Assembly (NCBI GenBank): GCA_964016885.1
Contig: OZ024742.1
Location: 358,546,001 to 358,610,000, forward strand
From: Eledone cirrhosa
Taxonomy: Eukaryota
Length of the DNA: 64,000 nt
Direction: 5' to 3'
Part shown: piece after piece, positions 62,691 through 64,000 of the stretch
How positions within the stretch are numbered: position 1 is the first letter of the stretch
Layout of the letters: each line of letters starts with the position of its first letter
Notes under the pieces: model-generated
The model's input: the letters and a program-made list of their open reading frames with translations, nothing else
Database searches by the model: none
Told to the model about the DNA's origin: nothing
Position numbers and translations under genes: made by a program

Positions 62691-64000
62691 TGGTGGTTGT
62701 ATTGGTAGTGGTTGTAGTGGTGGTTGTATTGGTAGTGGTTGTAGTGGTGGTTGTATTGGTAGTGTTTGTAGTTGTGGCTGTATTGGTAGTGGTTGTAGTG
62801 GTGGTTGTATTTGTATTGGTTGTAGTGGTGGTTGTATTGGTAGTTGTTGTAGTGGTGGTTGTATTGGTAGTGGTTGTAGTGGTGGTTGTATTGGTAGTGT
62901 TTGTAGTTGTGGCTGTATTGGTAGTGGTTGTAGTGGTGGTTGTATTTGTATTGGTTGTAGTGGTGGTTGTATTGGTAGTTGTTGTAGTGGTGGTTGTATT
63001 GGTAGTGTTTGTAGTTGTAGCTGTATTGGTAGTGGTTGTAGTGGTGGTTGTATTGGTAGTGTTTGTAGTTGTGGCTGTATTGGTAGTGGTTGTAGTGGTG
63101 GTTGTAGTGGTGGTTGTATTGGTATTGGTTGTAGTGGTGGTTGTATTGGTATTGGTTGTAGTGGTGGTTGTATTGGTAGTGTTTGTAGTTGTAGCTGTAT
63201 TGGTAGTGGTTGTATTGGTAGTGGTTGTAGTGGTGGTTGTATTGGTAGTGTTTGTAGTTGTAGCTGTATTGGTAGTGGTTGTATTGGTATTGGTTGTAGT
63301 GGTGGTTGTATTGGTAGTGGTTGTAGTTGTGGCTGTATTGGTAGTGGTTGTAGTGGTGGTTGTAGTGGTGGTTGTATTGGTATTGGTTGTAGTGGTGGTT
63401 GTATTGGTAGTGGTTGTAGTTGTGGCTGTATTGGTAGTGGTTGTAGTGGTGGTTGTAGTGGTGGTTGTATTGGTATTGGTTGTAGTGGTGGTTGTATTGG
63501 TAGTGGTTGTAGTGGTGGTTGTATTGGTAGTGGTTGTAGTTGTGGCTGTATTGGTAGTGGTTGTAGTGGTGGTTGTATTGGTATTGGTTGTAGTGGTGGT
63601 TGTATTGGTAGTGGTTGTAGTTGTGGTTGTATTGGTAGTGGTTGTAGTGGTGGTTGTATTGGTAGTGGTTGTAGTGGTGGTTGTATTGGTAGTTGTTGTA
63701 GTGGTGGTTGTATTGGTAGTGGTTGTAGTGGTGGTTGTATTGGTAGTGGTTGTAGTGGTGGTTGTATTGGTAGTGGTTGTAGTGCTGGTTGTATTGGTAG
63801 TGTTTGTAGTGGTGGTTGTATTGGTAGTGGTTGTAGTGCTGGTTGTATTGGTAGTGGTTGTAGTGGTGGTTGTATTGGTAGTGGTTGTAGTGGTGGTTGT
63901 ATTGGTAGTGGTTGTAGTGGTGGTTGTATTGGTAGTGGTTGTAGTTGTGGTTGTATTGGTAGTGGTTGTAGTGGTGGTTGTATTGGTAGTGGTTGTAGTG
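62690..64000. repeat. More homogeneous 27-bp satellite GGTTGTATTGGTAGTGGTTGTAGTGGT
   Basis: Abrupt change of unit (ATT replaces AAT) after a short irregular junction at ~62630-62690. Runs off the window end. Confidence 0.93.

Overview
Repeat-rich, AT-rich animal genomic DNA; no prokaryotic features. The tRNA/CORE-type SINEs, RTE LINEs and microsatellite load suggest a coleoid cephalopod, probably Octopus (inference). Two large trinucleotide-period low-complexity arrays bracket the window: 1-5.3 kb (CA-rich) and 43.7-64 kb (GT-rich). Between them lie decayed non-LTR retrotransposons: an L1/Tx1 element at 13.5-18.3 kb, a full-length R4/Dong-clade RLE element at 23.7-27.9 kb, RTE elements at 28.0-29.7 and 30.7-33.9 kb, and several CR1 and RTE 3' fragments. 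There are also SINEs, a probable non-autonomous Helitron, piggyBac-like MITEs and three homogeneous minisatellites (61, 49 and 32 bp). Main observations: (1) the minisatellites sit inside retroposon copies (clear for two, weaker for the third). The 49-bp unit matches a segment upstream of the RTE ORF and occurs at about 1, 2, 3, 6 and 45 copies in different elements. (2) The R4-clade element and an unrelated RTE inserted about 120 bp apart into the same (TATG)n tract, each with a readable target-site duplication. No intact protein-coding gene is supported; a few + strand exon candidates are listed at low confidence. Most coordinates were read by eye and are approximate.
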